DNA of 60,000 nucleotides from assembly GCF_018350175.1 (NCBI RefSeq), contig NC_058369.1, positions 13,766,001 to 13,826,000 on the forward strand, given 5' to 3'. Below, one piece after another: positions 1-12,345 of the stretch. Origin of the DNA: Felis catus. Its lineage: Eukaryota. Every line of letters begins with the position of its first letter. Positions within the stretch are counted from its first letter, which is position 1. The notes beneath the pieces were generated by a model, which was given only the letters and a program-made list of their open reading frames with translations, did not search any database and was not told the DNA's origin. The translations under genes and the position numbers were made by a program.

Positions 1-275
1 GAGTCACCTTGCGGGAAGCCCAGGGGAAGCAGGAGCTACTGAAAGCATTTGATGGAAGGTGGGGGCAGACACACAGGAGGGGAAAGAGGGCAGAACCACC
101 CCCCCCCCCCCCCCCCCGCCAAATCCCCTGCCTACCGGGGCAGCAAGCCTTGGGATGCAAAGGGGTCAGAACACCAGGTCCTGACACACGTGTCTTACAG
201 CTGCCGGAAGACAGGTTGGCTCCTAAAGGGGTGGTGCTGCCATCTATACTCGCGGGACCCCATCACCAGCCTCCC

Positions 276-628
276 GACTGAACGTTTCATCTTCACCAAA
301 TTCAGGTTAAATCTTAACACCCAAAATGATGGTGTTAGGAGGTGGGGCCTTTGGGAGGTGGTGAGGTCATGAGGGTTTAGAGCCCTCATGAACGGGAGCA
401 GTGCCCCCTATAAGAGACTCCAGAGGGCCCTCGCCACTCCTGCCACGTGATGATGCAGTGAGAAGACCCACTCTGTGAACTGGGAAGGGGGCCCTCACCA
501 AACCCCCAATCTGCTGGCACCTCGATCTTAGACCTCCCAGCCTCCAGAACTGTGGGAAGCAAACGTCTGTTGTTTATACGCCACCAGTTTATGTTATTCT
601 CTCAACAGCAGTCTGAACAGACCGACGC
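276..628 (+). mobile_element. MLT1A-like ERVL-MaLR solo LTR
   Basis: Contains ggaggtggggcctttgggaggtg...gccctcatgaa and gctggcacctcgatcttagacctcccagcctccagaactgtg, typical of recalled MLT1A consensus. Confidence 0.8.
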
Positions 629-959
629 CCGCTCTCGAATACACACTCCCGGGACACACGTGGCGGAGGCTGGGGCAGCCGGGGCCTCCAGGGGCCAGGC
701 TAAGTCCACCTTCCCGGCAACCAGCCAGCCCTGCTCGGGCGGGGTAACAAAGGCTGAGCTGGTCTCCAAGACTGTGAAGGCAGACTCAAAACGTTGACCC
801 TGAGGATGCTTATAGGAGTTCGGGCCCCACCCCAAAGCGGGTACTTCGGGGACTATCTCGCTGGCCTTTAGCGCACGGCCGCAGGGAGCTGGCGCGACGG
901 CTGTTTTTCACCCTCACGGGCTCTTCTGAGAGGACTCTGTGTCACAGCGGTTTCCACAG

Positions 960-1270
960 GGAACATTTTTTAATGGTTGAGTAATATTCCACCAAACATC
1001 TGCACTGTGATTTACTCAAAGGTTTCTCCTTTGTTGGATGCTGACGCCATTTCCAGTTTCTCTGTTAGCAGATAAACAGACACCGCTGTGTGCAGGCTTT
1101 TCCATGCTGGCGACGTTCTCCTTCGGCCGGCTTCCCAGAAGTGGGATTAATGGGTCAAAGGCTCTGAACATTTTTATGGCTCTTGATGCGTTTTGCTAAA
1201 ATGCTCTCCAGAAGAGCCACCCACCCGTCAACACTCCCACCCATGGAGGACGAGCCTGTGGGTTTCTCTG
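960..1270 (-). mobile_element. Old L1 (L1M) 3' fragment
   Basis: ttttttaatggttgagtaatattcca...cccagaagtgggattaatgggtcaaagg...tgctctccagaa resembles antisense L1M 3' end. Confidence 0.6.
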
Positions 1271-3327
1271 AGGCCCCGCCAGCACCGGAGACAGATGCTT
1301 TAAATCTTTGCTTTGGATGTTTTCACAGAAGGAAGAGGGAAGGTTCCTCTGAGGAGTGTGGTTTCGTGCGTGTTGCGCATCGGAATCCCTGATCACTTGG
1401 GGGTGGCTGGAAATGACCAGCCGGGGCAAGGCCCGGCCCACAGTGTTCCCAGAGACCTTCCCCTTCCTCAGGCTGACGGGGTCCTGCTACTGCCCACGAC
1501 CACCAGGGAGAACAAGCTGGGTAGTAAATACAGAAGCACAAGGCAGACGGGGCCATTTAGAAGAAATCACGGTAGACATGGGGAGCACCCTCTGCCACCG
1601 ACACCACGGGAGGCTGCTGACTCCAAGTCAACCTAAGAAGCCAGAGCCCAGCAGGGTACCTCCCTGGTCCTGGGAGCAATGAGAGCATCTCAGAGGTTAA
1701 AAAAGCAGCAGGAAGCCCTGGCACAACGACATCAGCACCGACAGATCCCCTTTCTCTTTGGAAAACTGAGCCCGCTGGCATTCTTGCTGCATCGGAGGAC
1801 TGCTCAGAGGGTAAATCTCAGGTGTAACTGTGTGCACGGTCGGTTAAGTTTCACGTTCTGGTTTGAGGGGTTCAAGTGCTTCTTCTTCACTCTGGGCACA
1901 AACAGGGCAAGAGAGGAAGGTGGGAGCATGGGCGTTCCCAAGAACACCACAGTAGGGGCCAATGGCGGCCTGACTGGGCAGCGGTGTGGACTACAGGCGT
2001 GTCCAGGTGGGCACAGGTCCCACCTGCGTCTTCAGTCCTGGCTCACGTCTGAAGACCTGGCAATCTGCCAGCCCTGCCTCATTCTGAGCTCCAGCCCAGG
2101 GGAAGGGCCTCCACTGTGCTTCCCTTGAGTTCCCAAGGATAAGGCCGACACCTGTGACTTCCCAAGGAAACAAGCCCCCTAAGAACATCATTCCTGTTCT
2201 GGAGCTTTCTGGATGCTTTGGCAAGCCCCTCTGCCAAAGAAAACTTCTGAGCCACCAAGCTACATATCTGTCTTCTAATAGGCCAGGAGCCAACTCGTGA
2301 GCTCAGAGGGAGAAACCTTAAAGCTTGGTCCTCGCCTGCACAGCCTCTGAGTGGGGGACAGTGGCTCAAGAGGCCACAGCCACACAGGGGTTCCTGCCAA
2401 GTAGAGCCCCTGAGGCCAGGGTCCCGGTGACGTGAGGGGCCGCGTGGGGCCGAGGGGCCCGTGGCTCATCCTCAGACACAGCTACCAACTGTCACAGCGT
2501 GTGAGTTCTGCACTGCTTCCAGGAGCGTCTGAGGTGGGACGCAGGTGAGCTGGCGGACAGAATCCCTGGAGGCTCGGCCACGCCTCCTCCGCGGGATGCG
2601 ACTGTCATGCCAGCCACGTGGACCTCACAGCGGGGCTCCACGGTGGCCCATCCCCACTTCACAGCAAGGAGGCATCTGCGCGGTCTGGCTGATGTGGCGA
2701 AGCCAGAGCGAGCCGTTCACCTTCCCAGGGGTCCTCAGACTCCCTCCGGGGGCTTTGGGAGACGGGCCCTCCCCTCCTGCCCCAAAGCCTGAGCTGTGCC
2801 CTAATAGCAGGCTTCATCTGCTGACATCACGTTCAACCCCTCAAGAGGCGCTGCGGGCAAGCTGCAGCCACACACGGAAGCCTGAGGGTCTCCGCGTGAA
2901 TCCCCTTGCCCAGAGCCACGGCTGGTGTGGTAGGGACGCCCGCTGACCGTGGAGCCTGTGCTCTTGTTAACTCACATATGCGGTCACCCAGGCTTCTTTA
3001 AATTCTAAAAGCCTCAGGCGGCGAAGTCTTTGTTGGATCCTCTGTGCTGTGCCCGCTGCCTGTGTGGTAGCAGACAGTGAAGGAGGAGCATGCTGACCTC
3101 CCTCCGAGCCAACCTCGGAGCCACTGGACAAGAAGCACCATGGCCAGCAACGTGTCCGTGACACCCTTAAGCCGGTCCTAACCCGGGAGGCCGAGGCTCT
3201 GAGGCAGGCTGCGAATCTTGGAAGAGATCCCAGGAAGGGCTCTTCCCAGCACCCCTGTGTCCAGACCCTCTGCCGAGGCCACTCAAGGTTGACTGAACCC
3301 TCCACCTGGCCCCGGGCAAGCACCAAC

Positions 3328-3602
3328 CTGCTGGAGGAGGCCGTCCAGCGCATCCTTGTCCGCCTGGGCCAGGCCGTCCTTCTGCAGCCGTAGCAACAGC
3401 TCGGCCTTCCGATAGGGCCTCAGCGCCAGGAGGTGCAGCACTCGGTCACGGAAGGGCCTCTGAGACACCCCACTGCCCCCACTAATGCCACCAACACTGC
3501 TCTTCTTGATGGCACTCGCCAGGTTGATTGGCGTCGCCCGCTTCCGGGAGGGCACGGCGTCCGTGGCCCCCGGGGCTGGTTTCCGAAACTGAACCTTCTT
3601 GC
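3328..3602 (-). CDS. ELL: ELL coding exon 5 (275 nt): (G)KKVQFRKPAPGATDAVPSRKRATPINLASAIKK...RPFRDRVLHLLALRPYRKAELLLRLQKDGLAQADKDALDGLLQQ
   Basis: Acceptor gtcgttgcag| and donor CAG|gttggt. The peptide is in ORF 3283..3618 and contains the ELL-typical RDRVLHLLALRPY motif. Confidence 0.96.
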
Positions 3603-5705
3603 CTGCAACGACAGCCAAAGCATTAGGGGTTTAAGGGGGTGAGGGGGTACGGCCTCTGTGTCCCTCTGCCTGGGGCTGATGCCGAACTCTGAGCGAGTGC
3701 GTGGACGCCTGCTGACGGCCGGCAGCCCAAGGGGAAGGCGGCTGGAGCCCCATCCAGCCTGGCCTGCTCCGTGGGGACCTGGAGAGCTGAGCACACCATC
3801 TACTGACCACACACAGCTGCCAGGCCCTTGCAGGGCCCCCAGTGTCAGAAGCGGGAGCTGCAGGAAACAGAGGTGTGTTCAGAGCTTTAATGGATTTCAT
3901 CAAGGGCAGGCCGACCGCTATACGGAGAGGGCGGCTGATGAAAAGGGTGGGGTTCCTGAACCGCCAGAGGCAGGCGCCCCCAGAGCCCACACATCACAGC
4001 ACTCTCCAGCCACAGGATCCGCCATTCTCTTTTATGATAAAGGAGGAGTGGATAAAGGTATGGGGCCGCTTGGGCAGCTTCTCTGGAGACCCCGGGGTAG
4101 GAGCAGCTCCCCAGGCTGCAGCCCCGTCAAGTGCTTCTTGGACAGACCCAGAGTCCCGGGGGAGGGGGGCAGCGGCCCGATCCCCCACCCCCCTAGTGCA
4201 AACAGACTCCGGCACCGCTCTTGAGGGAGGGGCCTCTGCTCAGAATTTGTTAACTCCACCCTGGACGGCAGCACGGCCACTGAAGGAACGTGCACGGCCA
4301 AGTGAGGTCAGCGTGTGCCTCACGTCCTTGGGCCAGAAAGCTCTCCACAAGAACTTTTTGTTTTGCTCTCATCCCTTAAATCTCATTTGTCAAATTAATA
4401 TGGGAAGGAGTGCTGTCAAAATCCTTAGGGCCAGACTCTGTTCCCAGAGGACCCAGCTGGTGGGCTGACGCAGGGTAGAGGAGAGGCCTGACGCAGTGGG
4501 ACATACATGACTACGCTTTCAGAGGCCAGGAGACAAGTGCTGCCACCAGAACCGAAACCAAGAACTCTCGCCGTCCCCAAAGTGGTACGACAAGCCACAC
4601 TTTTGACCAAGTTTTTGGCTGAAGGACCCAGAAACTTACTAAGATGTATATGAACGTCCACATTTGCACGCTGAGGCGAGAGCAGGCAGGGGAAGCATTT
4701 CTGGATTCTGGCTGCTGCTCTCGGGCGGCTTTGTCCCCAGCAGCAGCTCACAGCCCAGGGCATGGGTTCCCTCGGCATGCACGGCCACATCCACCAGGAT
4801 GCAGCGTTCACTGGTAGCATGGACTCCTCCTGCCTAGGGTTTCGCTCAGAGCCAACCCCACTGCCACGCCAGTGAAATCACATACTCCTTTGGGGGCCTT
4901 TGAAATCCTCCCACCTTTTCTTAAAAAACAAAAAACCCCAAAAGCCATTAAGGTCCTGTTTGCTGTTAGCCATTTTGTGCCTTTCTCGGGCCTAACGCCC
5001 TTCCTCTTGGCCTTGAATCCTGATGACTCTTGAACCTGTCTGGGTCTAGGTGCTGGGAAGACTAAAGCAAGAATGGAGCTTCCTAAAAGTAAACACTTTT
5101 CATGCTGCTGGTGTCTCAACTTCACCAAAACCGTTTCCAAGCAGATGATGAGCTGCCAGAGCCTTCTCGTCCAGCAGGAAATCAACACATTTCCTTCCCA
5201 GTTGTGACCTGACAGGCCCTTGCTGGCCCCAACCCAGCAGCAGACTATTTGCCACAGGGCACATCTCACAATCGGCACCTTGCCGCTGGCCGTGTCAGGC
5301 CTGGGGAAGAGCCGGCCAGGCGGGTGAGGGCAGGGGTGGCAGCTGAAGGAGGACAGACCCCAGCCTTGCCATCGAGGAGCGCGTCTATCTCCCTGATGGG
5401 GAGGGGTTCCCGAGGTCAGAACCTGAGAGAAGGGCTCGTGGATTCGGAATTCCTGGAGTTCTTGGGGCTCATATTCAAACTGGGGAATCAGCAGATGCCA
5501 CAGCCCCCAACAGACTCGGCCAGTACGACAGGACCTTTTCTGACCTGACAATGAGAGATGGCTCCCCTTGCTTGGGGCCGCACCTCTGTCAACCCATCAT
5601 TCCCACTCCTGGCCAGGACAAGCCCTCAGTCCCTCCTGCTCCCCACCACAGCTGCCCAGCAGGCTTGAGCCCCCCAACAGGCGGAGTCGCAGGCCTCATC
5701 CTCAC

Positions 5706-5869
5706 CCAGGTAGCGGCCTCCAGGCTTGATGACGATGGCACCACGGCTCCGTGTCTCCTCCTCAGCTTGTGCCATGCTCTGTCGTGCTTTCTGGTAGGAG
5801 TCATCGGTGGCACACACCGTGATTTTGTCCTGGATGCTGCCCAGGCAATCCAGGTGAACATCCCCGTGG
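5706..5869 (-). CDS. ELL: ELL coding exon 4 (164 nt): (S)[54 protein letters not shown](G)
   Basis: Acceptor gtgttttgcag| and donor G|gtgagg. Phases are compatible with exons 3 and 5, and the peptide is in ORF 5626..5880. Confidence 0.97.
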
Positions 5870-6131
5870 CTGCAAAACACGGGGCCAGAAGCTAAGGTGA
5901 ACTCCTGGGATGACAGGGAGACACGGTCTGGGCGCCCGTGCTCCCCCGTTACCCCCCAGCTGGAAATGGGGCCAGCGCTAACTTGAGCAGCATCGTTTCC
6001 ACACAGCGTATCTTAACCTGGAAAAGACAAGGGAACCCAGGCCCCTGGGCAGAGGTAGCAGGCCTGCACCTGTGCCCTGGACACACTGAATGCAGCAGCA
6101 AGGCTCGGGTATGAGAAGGGGGATCTGGAAT

Positions 6132-6253
6132 GGCCTGGCCGGCTCAGTCAGTAGAGCACGCGGGTCTTGATCTTGAGGTCGTGAGTTCAAGTCCAACATT
6201 GGGTATAGAGATGACTTAAATAAATACCCCCCCTCAAAAAAAAGAGAAGAAGA
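6132..6253 (+). mobile_element. Short tRNA-Lys-derived carnivore SINE in ELL intron 3
   Basis: A-box-like ggctcagtcagtagag, B-box-like gagttcaagtcc and an A-rich tail. Candidate TSD agaaggggg at 6114-6122 and 6254-6262. Confidence 0.8.
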
Positions 6254-6286
6254 AGAAGGGGGCACTGCGCCCAGATGGGGCCTTAC

Positions 6287-6408
6287 CTGGACACATATTG
6301 CTGGATGCAGTCAAAGCTGCCCTGGGGGCTGTCACGGCCAATGTTGGAGAGGTAGAAGGAGAAGGTCCGTGCCTCCGTGGGGCAGTCAGGCTGGGGGATG
6401 GAGATGTG
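6287..6408 (-). CDS. ELL: ELL coding exon 3 (122 nt): HISIPQPDCPTEARTFSFYLSNIGRDSPQGSFDCIQQYVS(S)
   Basis: Acceptor ttctccttctccatgcag| and donor AG|gtaagg. The peptide is in ORF 6283..6840 and matches the ELL N-terminal domain. Confidence 0.97.
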
Positions 6409-9016
6409 CTGCATGGAGAAGGAGAAACATCGCTGGGAGGTCCACATCACGGAGGGGACCGTGGGATGGGCCATCCGCTGGACCCCAGACCATCCCCCAC
6501 AGCTTGACAGGAGGAGGAAGTGCCAGTGCTTTCTAAGAATGGCACGTTGGTCTGAGGAGCACAGAGCACTTAGCACACGCCCGGAGCCAGGGAGCCCACC
6601 CTGATCTGGGCCATGAGCCAATTTCCCACCCAGCAAATGGGGCAGATCTGGCCTGGGACATGTGTGAAGGTGACGTGAGACAAGACGGGCAGCAGTAGCT
6701 ACCAGTGCACACTGAGCAGCCGATATGCTCCAACCCTCGCTCCCCTGTGGGATACACACTCCACCTGGATGTCCATTCGCTGTCCTGCAGCCAAGACCAA
6801 GGCGGGTGCAGGCCCCGAGGGGCTCACAGACCGGCCGCACCCTCCCCCAACAAACCGTGACACGGTTACATGTGACAAAGGATGAATGTCTTGGTTAATA
6901 GAACCCTGACTTTGGACAGTGCCTCTGCAGAAGGGTGGGACAGCCTGACCGGCAGGTAGACAGCAAAGGTCCCGGCCAAGGTGCAGGGCTCGGCGCAGGT
7001 GGGATAGCATTGCGCCCACAGGCCGGGACTGCATTCCAGGCCAACCCTCACTGGGTTGAAGTCCTGGGGGCTGTGGAGGAAGCTGGTGGGAAGATCCATG
7101 CTCCGGTTGCTGGCCCATATTTGGGGCACAAGATGGGCCTCCAGAACCCTCTGTTACCAGTGGGGACTCCTCATAAAGTAATCCCTGGGTTTTGAGTGCA
7201 GGAGCTCAACACAGCTAGGCACACAAACAAGGGGGAGCAGAAGTGGTAAACGGAGGTTGAGGGGGTGGGCAGGCCCCATTCAGGCCTTATCCTTGGGCTG
7301 CTAAACCACCTCAGTATGCCCAGGCCCTATTTCTTCTCCACTGATGTGAGACCACCATGCCTCCCTCATCAGCACTGGACCAAACATGGCCCCAACTGAA
7401 TTCCAGCCTTGCCCAGCTGTCATATGTAAATAAGGGCAGTTCAGCCTGAGACTGAGGACACAGTGGCTCAGGTCACAAGGAGGGCCGCTGCCCTCTTCAC
7501 AGCCTCCCTCCCTTCACCGCTCCTCAAGGTGGTGTGTGGACCCATAAGGGAACCTGCACGTGCACCTGGCCTAGAGTTAGCCCCAAAATACTGAGTGACC
7601 TGCCCAGCCTGCAGTCAGTCCCTGCCCCAGACGTGCACAGTGAGAGCCAACGCGGCACAGACTGGCTCCCAGATAAGGCAGTTCAGCCCTGTCCTGCCTG
7701 TATGCGACATCTCCTTGTCTCACACTTGTGGCCATCTTGTGCTGCCGGCCCATCCCTTCTTGGATGTGACGTTTGTTCCCCATCACAGAAGCAGCCGGAA
7801 CACGCCGCCCAGATCTTGAGGCTCAGGCTGCTGAGGGTCACTGCAGGAGACGCACCCAGAGCCAGATACGCACTGATGCCGTTGCCCAGAATGCAGCCGG
7901 AAGCTCATGCACTCCAAAGCCAGCAAGTCAACAGTAGCTTCCGGTGGAAGCTGACACCCCCGCCATCGGGTAGCTCTTCCTCCACCCGATCCTTGAACCG
8001 CCTCCTCATCTCATCCTGGCTCTGATGGAGACATAGCCTCCCCCGGCGCCACTTTCCATCTCAGTCTGCTCAGAGGACAGTGGCTGCCTCGAGGGCAATG
8101 GTCCTCACTGGGCTGTCACCCCTGAGAGGAGGGCAGGAGGCCAGGTCTCAGTCCCAAAGTCATTGTGCTTCTCTCTGGGTGGGAGCCGTGGGGACTCTTC
8201 GCCGTGACCCTTTTATGCCATCTAAACCTTTTCCACACAGGTGTGCGCGCCCACCTCCAAAATTCGACCTGGACGTGGGGGTCCCAGCACAGAGCCCGGA
8301 GGTGGGTTTGTGTAGCCACTGGGGCCACAGGATGGTGGGAAACCCGGGGCTTGAAACTGATGCATGGGAGAACGTGATGCTGCTGGGGACAGGGGAGACA
8401 CGCACAGAGGTCTCCAGTATCCTTCAGGACAAAGGCGGGGACACCCGAGCAGGGGAAGGAGGAAGGCAGAGGGGAGGTTTGCTGGGAACCCGGTGTGGCC
8501 AGGTCTCTCGGCCCCATCCCCGCCCAGCACTACCACAGCCTGAGGACTCCTTTGGTTAACGGGCGGCTTTGCTGCTCCTCAGTGACGCTGGTTACCGGTT
8601 ACCGGTCGGTGAGCACCGAGCAAGGAAATTCCCCATCTGGGCACGAACAGACCAGGAATGCATGGCTTTCTCTGTGCCAGCGAAGAGCTTGGCACACGTA
8701 CCAGGATGTGGCCCGACAGTCAGCCCTGCTCAGCTGCAGCATGTGCCTCCTGGACCGAGTCTCGGCTGCCCCACGGGGGCCACCATGTGGCCCTCAGCTG
8801 GCCTGGGCATGCAGGTCTGGGTGCCTCTAAGGTCAGCCCTGACTCCAGGTTACGGGGGCAGGGGGAGTCACTTTAAACCTAATCGAGTGTCTGTGTACAC
8901 AGACCCAGAGCAGCAGACAGGCTTGTCCTTCCTGGGCGGCCCTGACTGGGCGGCCCTGAGTGCCTCTGAGACCTGTGAGGGGCACAGGTCCCTGCCAGAG
9001 CCCTTTCACCTCCTCC

Positions 9017-9035
9017 TTTTTATTTATTTATTTAT

Positions 9036-9089
<54 letters not shown>

Positions 9090-9264
9090 AGAATGTGCAC
9101 ATGTAACCAGGGGAGGGGGAGAGAGAGAGGGAGAGAATCCCAAGCAGGCTCCGCACCGTCAGTGTGGACCCCGAGGCAGGGCTCAATCTCACGAATGGCG
9201 AGATCATGACCTGACCCGAAATCAAGAGTCGGACACTTAACTGACTGAGCCACTCAGGTGCCCC
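9017..9264 (-). mobile_element. Can-SINE with expanded (GA)24 tract (9039-9086)
   Basis: Reverse complement of ggggcacctgagtggctcagtcagttaag...; tcacctcctcct flanks both ends (TSD). Confidence 0.92.
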
Positions 9265-10157
9265 TCACCTCCTCCTCCTTTTGAAATCCATCCTAAGTGG
9301 GAACTGCCTCCCCTCCCCGCCCCCCCCCCCCCCCCCGCCCCGATCTGCAGGTGCAGGCGGGAGCTGTGAAAAGGCACATCAAGTCCTGGTGGCAAAAACT
9401 GGCGGGGGAAGGGCTCGATATTCCGTTCCGGTAAGAACAAGACAAACAGGTACGCACAGGAACCCAAACTCCAACTGACCAGGTTCTCTCTGGCCAGAGG
9501 AGGTTCCAGGCAACACTTGCTTTCTTAGTTATTTTCGCTTCCTAAAGAAGCCTCCGAATAAAACATGTTCTGGGTAAAGAGAACCACGGTTGTCCAGCTG
9601 AACTTGACTTCCAAGAGCAAAGCAGCCACTTCGGCCCAGGGGCACTCCCTCAACCCCAACACCAGGGTGCATTCTAAGCACCTCCCTGCATTCCAAGACC
9701 CGCTCTCAAGCCCTCACTCACCGAGGATGCTCAGAAGAGGGAGTGCACGCCCCTGCCCTCTGCTCAACCTTGGCACACAGATGGTTCCCGACTCTGCAAC
9801 ACCCCCTTTTAGAAATTTTTTAGACTGTTTTCAAATTGTCCCTGTGACAACACGACAACAAGCACCCTCGTGCCTCAATCGTGTGCACATCCCGGACTGC
9901 TCCTTCAGAGTTGGCTCCTGGACACACAGACAGAAATTGGTCAAAGGCTTTCGACCAGCCCTGCCAAACTTCATTCTAGAAACTGCAGCTCAGGCAAATG
10001 CCGCAACGCTAAACTGCCCTGGATACCACCCCTACTTCTCTTTTTTCGTCAACTGAAGAGTTTTGGGGTGGGGCTGGCCAGGTGGAGGTTTCTTTTCCCC
10101 TCTGGAGGCTGACTTTTCACCAGCTGTCAGACATTCACAGCTCAGAAGTGAACCCCA

Positions 10158-10341
10158 GGGGCACCTGGGTGGCTAAGTCGGTTAAGCGTCCGACTCCTGA
10201 TTTTGGCTCAGGTCATGATCTCACAGTTTGTGAGTTCAAGCCCTACGTCAGGCTCCGTGCTGGCGGAGCCTGCTTGGGATTCTCTCTCTCTCCCTCTCTC
10301 CCTCAAAATAAATATAATAAACTTAAAAGGAAAAAAAAAAA
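10158..10341 (+). mobile_element. Can-SINE
   Basis: ggggcacctgggtggctaagtcggttaagcgtccgact..., CT tract and A tail. Confidence 0.92.
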
Positions 10342-11716
10342 GCGAGCCCCAGACAGCAGAGGGACCCAGATCAGCCAGCTCAGTGTCTGGGAGAGGGCAG
10401 GGAATGCAAACACAAACATGTACGTGGCAATGAAACGGAGATGAACACTTTGCTCTGGCGCACGACACCCTAGAGGCCAACACGCTACAAGTGAGAGACC
10501 TGGCAAATGCCATTAGTCACCCCAAGGAACTAGCCAACGCCAGGGCCCGGCCACACACCACAACCTCCTCGGGCAGGCCTGGCTCTCATGGTGCTTACAG
10601 GCATAGGCAGGGAGGCGACCAGGCCAGATCGGACTCCCACCACCTCGCCCCCAGGCAGCGCTCAACACTGAGGTCCTATGCTGGCTGTGCACACCAAGGG
10701 GGACATGCACTAGGGGCTGAGTGAGCTTGCTGTGGGCTGCAAGGACACTGGTTTTCCTAAGTCCGTATTACCCCCCACACACACAACCCCCAAGGCAGAG
10801 AGCCCATCACCTGGGCGAGGAGGCTGAGGGACAGTGAAAAGAACTGGCAAAGGCCCCTGAGCCAAGAGCCTACAGACCTTCAGCCTGTCAGCTTCATGGG
10901 CCTCTGGGAAAGACGGTCCTTGTCACGCTATGCAGAGCCTGGAACGTGGACTCAGCCCATGGACCACGAACACTGAATGGGCCTGCCCAGCCCCGCCCCT
11001 CTGGCCTCCCGTTCCTCTCTCTACCCAGCCTACCTCACTGGCCCCAGCCCCACCCTCAGCTATACACAAGCAGCTCAGCGACCAGGAGAGGTGGGAGGGG
11101 AGAGCCCAGGCACCCTGCCTCCTCTGGCAGCATGGTGACGATGCAGATGCGGCCTGGCCAGGAAAGCGTCTGCTGTGTGTCCGGCACCAGGCCAGGCCCC
11201 TCACACCTGGCAGGGAGTAGGGGATGCATCCCATCACTGCCCAGGAAGAGAAGGACGACGTCCAGACACGGAGGGCAGACCTAGTGCCTGACCCTTCACA
11301 GCAAGCAGGGAAAGAACAGCACCCCTCGTCTCTACCTGGCACAGCCCTCCCCAGGCTCACAAAGGGAAGAGTGGAGAGCTGTGGCCTGACTTGCCCAAAG
11401 CTGCGGCACAGGGCCTCTGTACCCTCAGAACCTTCTAGAAACTCTGTTACACATGAGAAAATCCAGAAGGAAGCAAAGGGGGCAAAGCATGATTCTGACT
11501 CTAAGGTGGCAGGACCCCTGACTCGAATGGATGTGGCCCTCAGGCTTTGCACAGAAATTTGGGTGACACAAAACATGGCCCAGGAGAACCTCATGGTGCT
11601 TCCGTGAGCGGCCGTGTGGTGTCCTGCTGACCAGAAAATGCTGCTCACAGGATAAGCCATGGCTTTTAGTGGCCCTTTCCGTGCATCTGCTTCCTCATCT
11701 TCCCGACTACAGAGAG

Positions 11717-11749
11717 TACAGCATGACTATTGGCCACCAGAGGGCACCA
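11717..11749 (+). promoter_or_regulatory. Candidate CTCF binding site (core 11731-11749 plus upstream motif)
   Basis: TGGCCACCAGAGGGCACCA closely matches the CTCF consensus TGGCCACCAGGGGGCGCTA. TACAG lies 14 nt upstream, where the TGCAG upstream motif is expected. Confidence 0.6.
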
Positions 11750-11964
11750 TGGGGCCGGTCTGGCAGCAAGCCGAGGGAGCCCTGCCCCCCAACACTGACC
11801 TCTGCCCCTGGGGAAATGTCCCAGGGACAATAAAGGGAAGGCTGCCACAAGACTGATGGGACCAAAGAGAGATGCAGAAGTTCCAGAGGAGGAACTGGGG
11901 GAGCGAGGAGTCTGGGGCCTTTCAAGAGGTCTTGCTGACTTTAACTGGTCTTCGCAATAATGTC

Positions 11965-12345
11965 AGTTCAGTTCAGTTCACGTGTGCACCTGGCCAGGCC
12001 ACAGGCCCCGGGGACATCATGAATGCTAATCTGGATGGGGGTATTCTGTAGATGTGGTGGCGTCCACAAGCAGCTGACTTTAAGAAAGTGACCCTCAATG
12101 GTCTGAGTGGGCCTCACCCAAACGGCTGAAGGCCTTAAGGAAACTGAGGTTTCCCTGAGGAGAAAGAAGGTCGCCTATGGACCACAGTGCCCATTCCTGC
12201 CTTCCCCATGGATGACTTTCAGCCTCACCAGCCCCACAACTATGTGAGCCAATGCCTTGCAATACATCTCCTTGTATCTTTGTATCTGTACACACAGACA
12301 CGTGGATGTTCTAGAGGCTCTGTCTCTCTGGAGCACCCTGGCAGG
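11965..12345 (+). mobile_element. MLT2 (MLT2C/D-like) ERVL solo LTR
   Basis: gtgggcctcacccaaacggctgaaggccttaag...ccccacaactatgtgagccaatgccttgcaat...ctctgtctctctggagcaccctg resembles recalled MLT2D. Confidence 0.7.

Noticed and set aside
1..3327. ELL exon 6 expected downstream of exon 5
   Set aside because: No VANMS/DWPGYSEGD-like coding sequence was seen, so it presumably lies left of the window.
4808..5551. 247-aa minus-strand ORF, and similar long ORFs at 3842-4468, 10923-11660, 18007-18699, 21628-22230 and 59334-59963
   Set aside because: They show no recognisable domains and have a Pro/Gly/Arg/Ser/Cys-rich composition typical of chance ORFs in GC-rich intron. Many start at non-ATG codons, and there is no supporting exon structure.
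6132..6205. tRNA-Lys-like sequence (also 49921-49995)
   Set aside because: The stems are degenerate, and each is followed by a SINE-type tail and flanked by TSDs. These are tRNA-derived SINEs, not tRNA genes.
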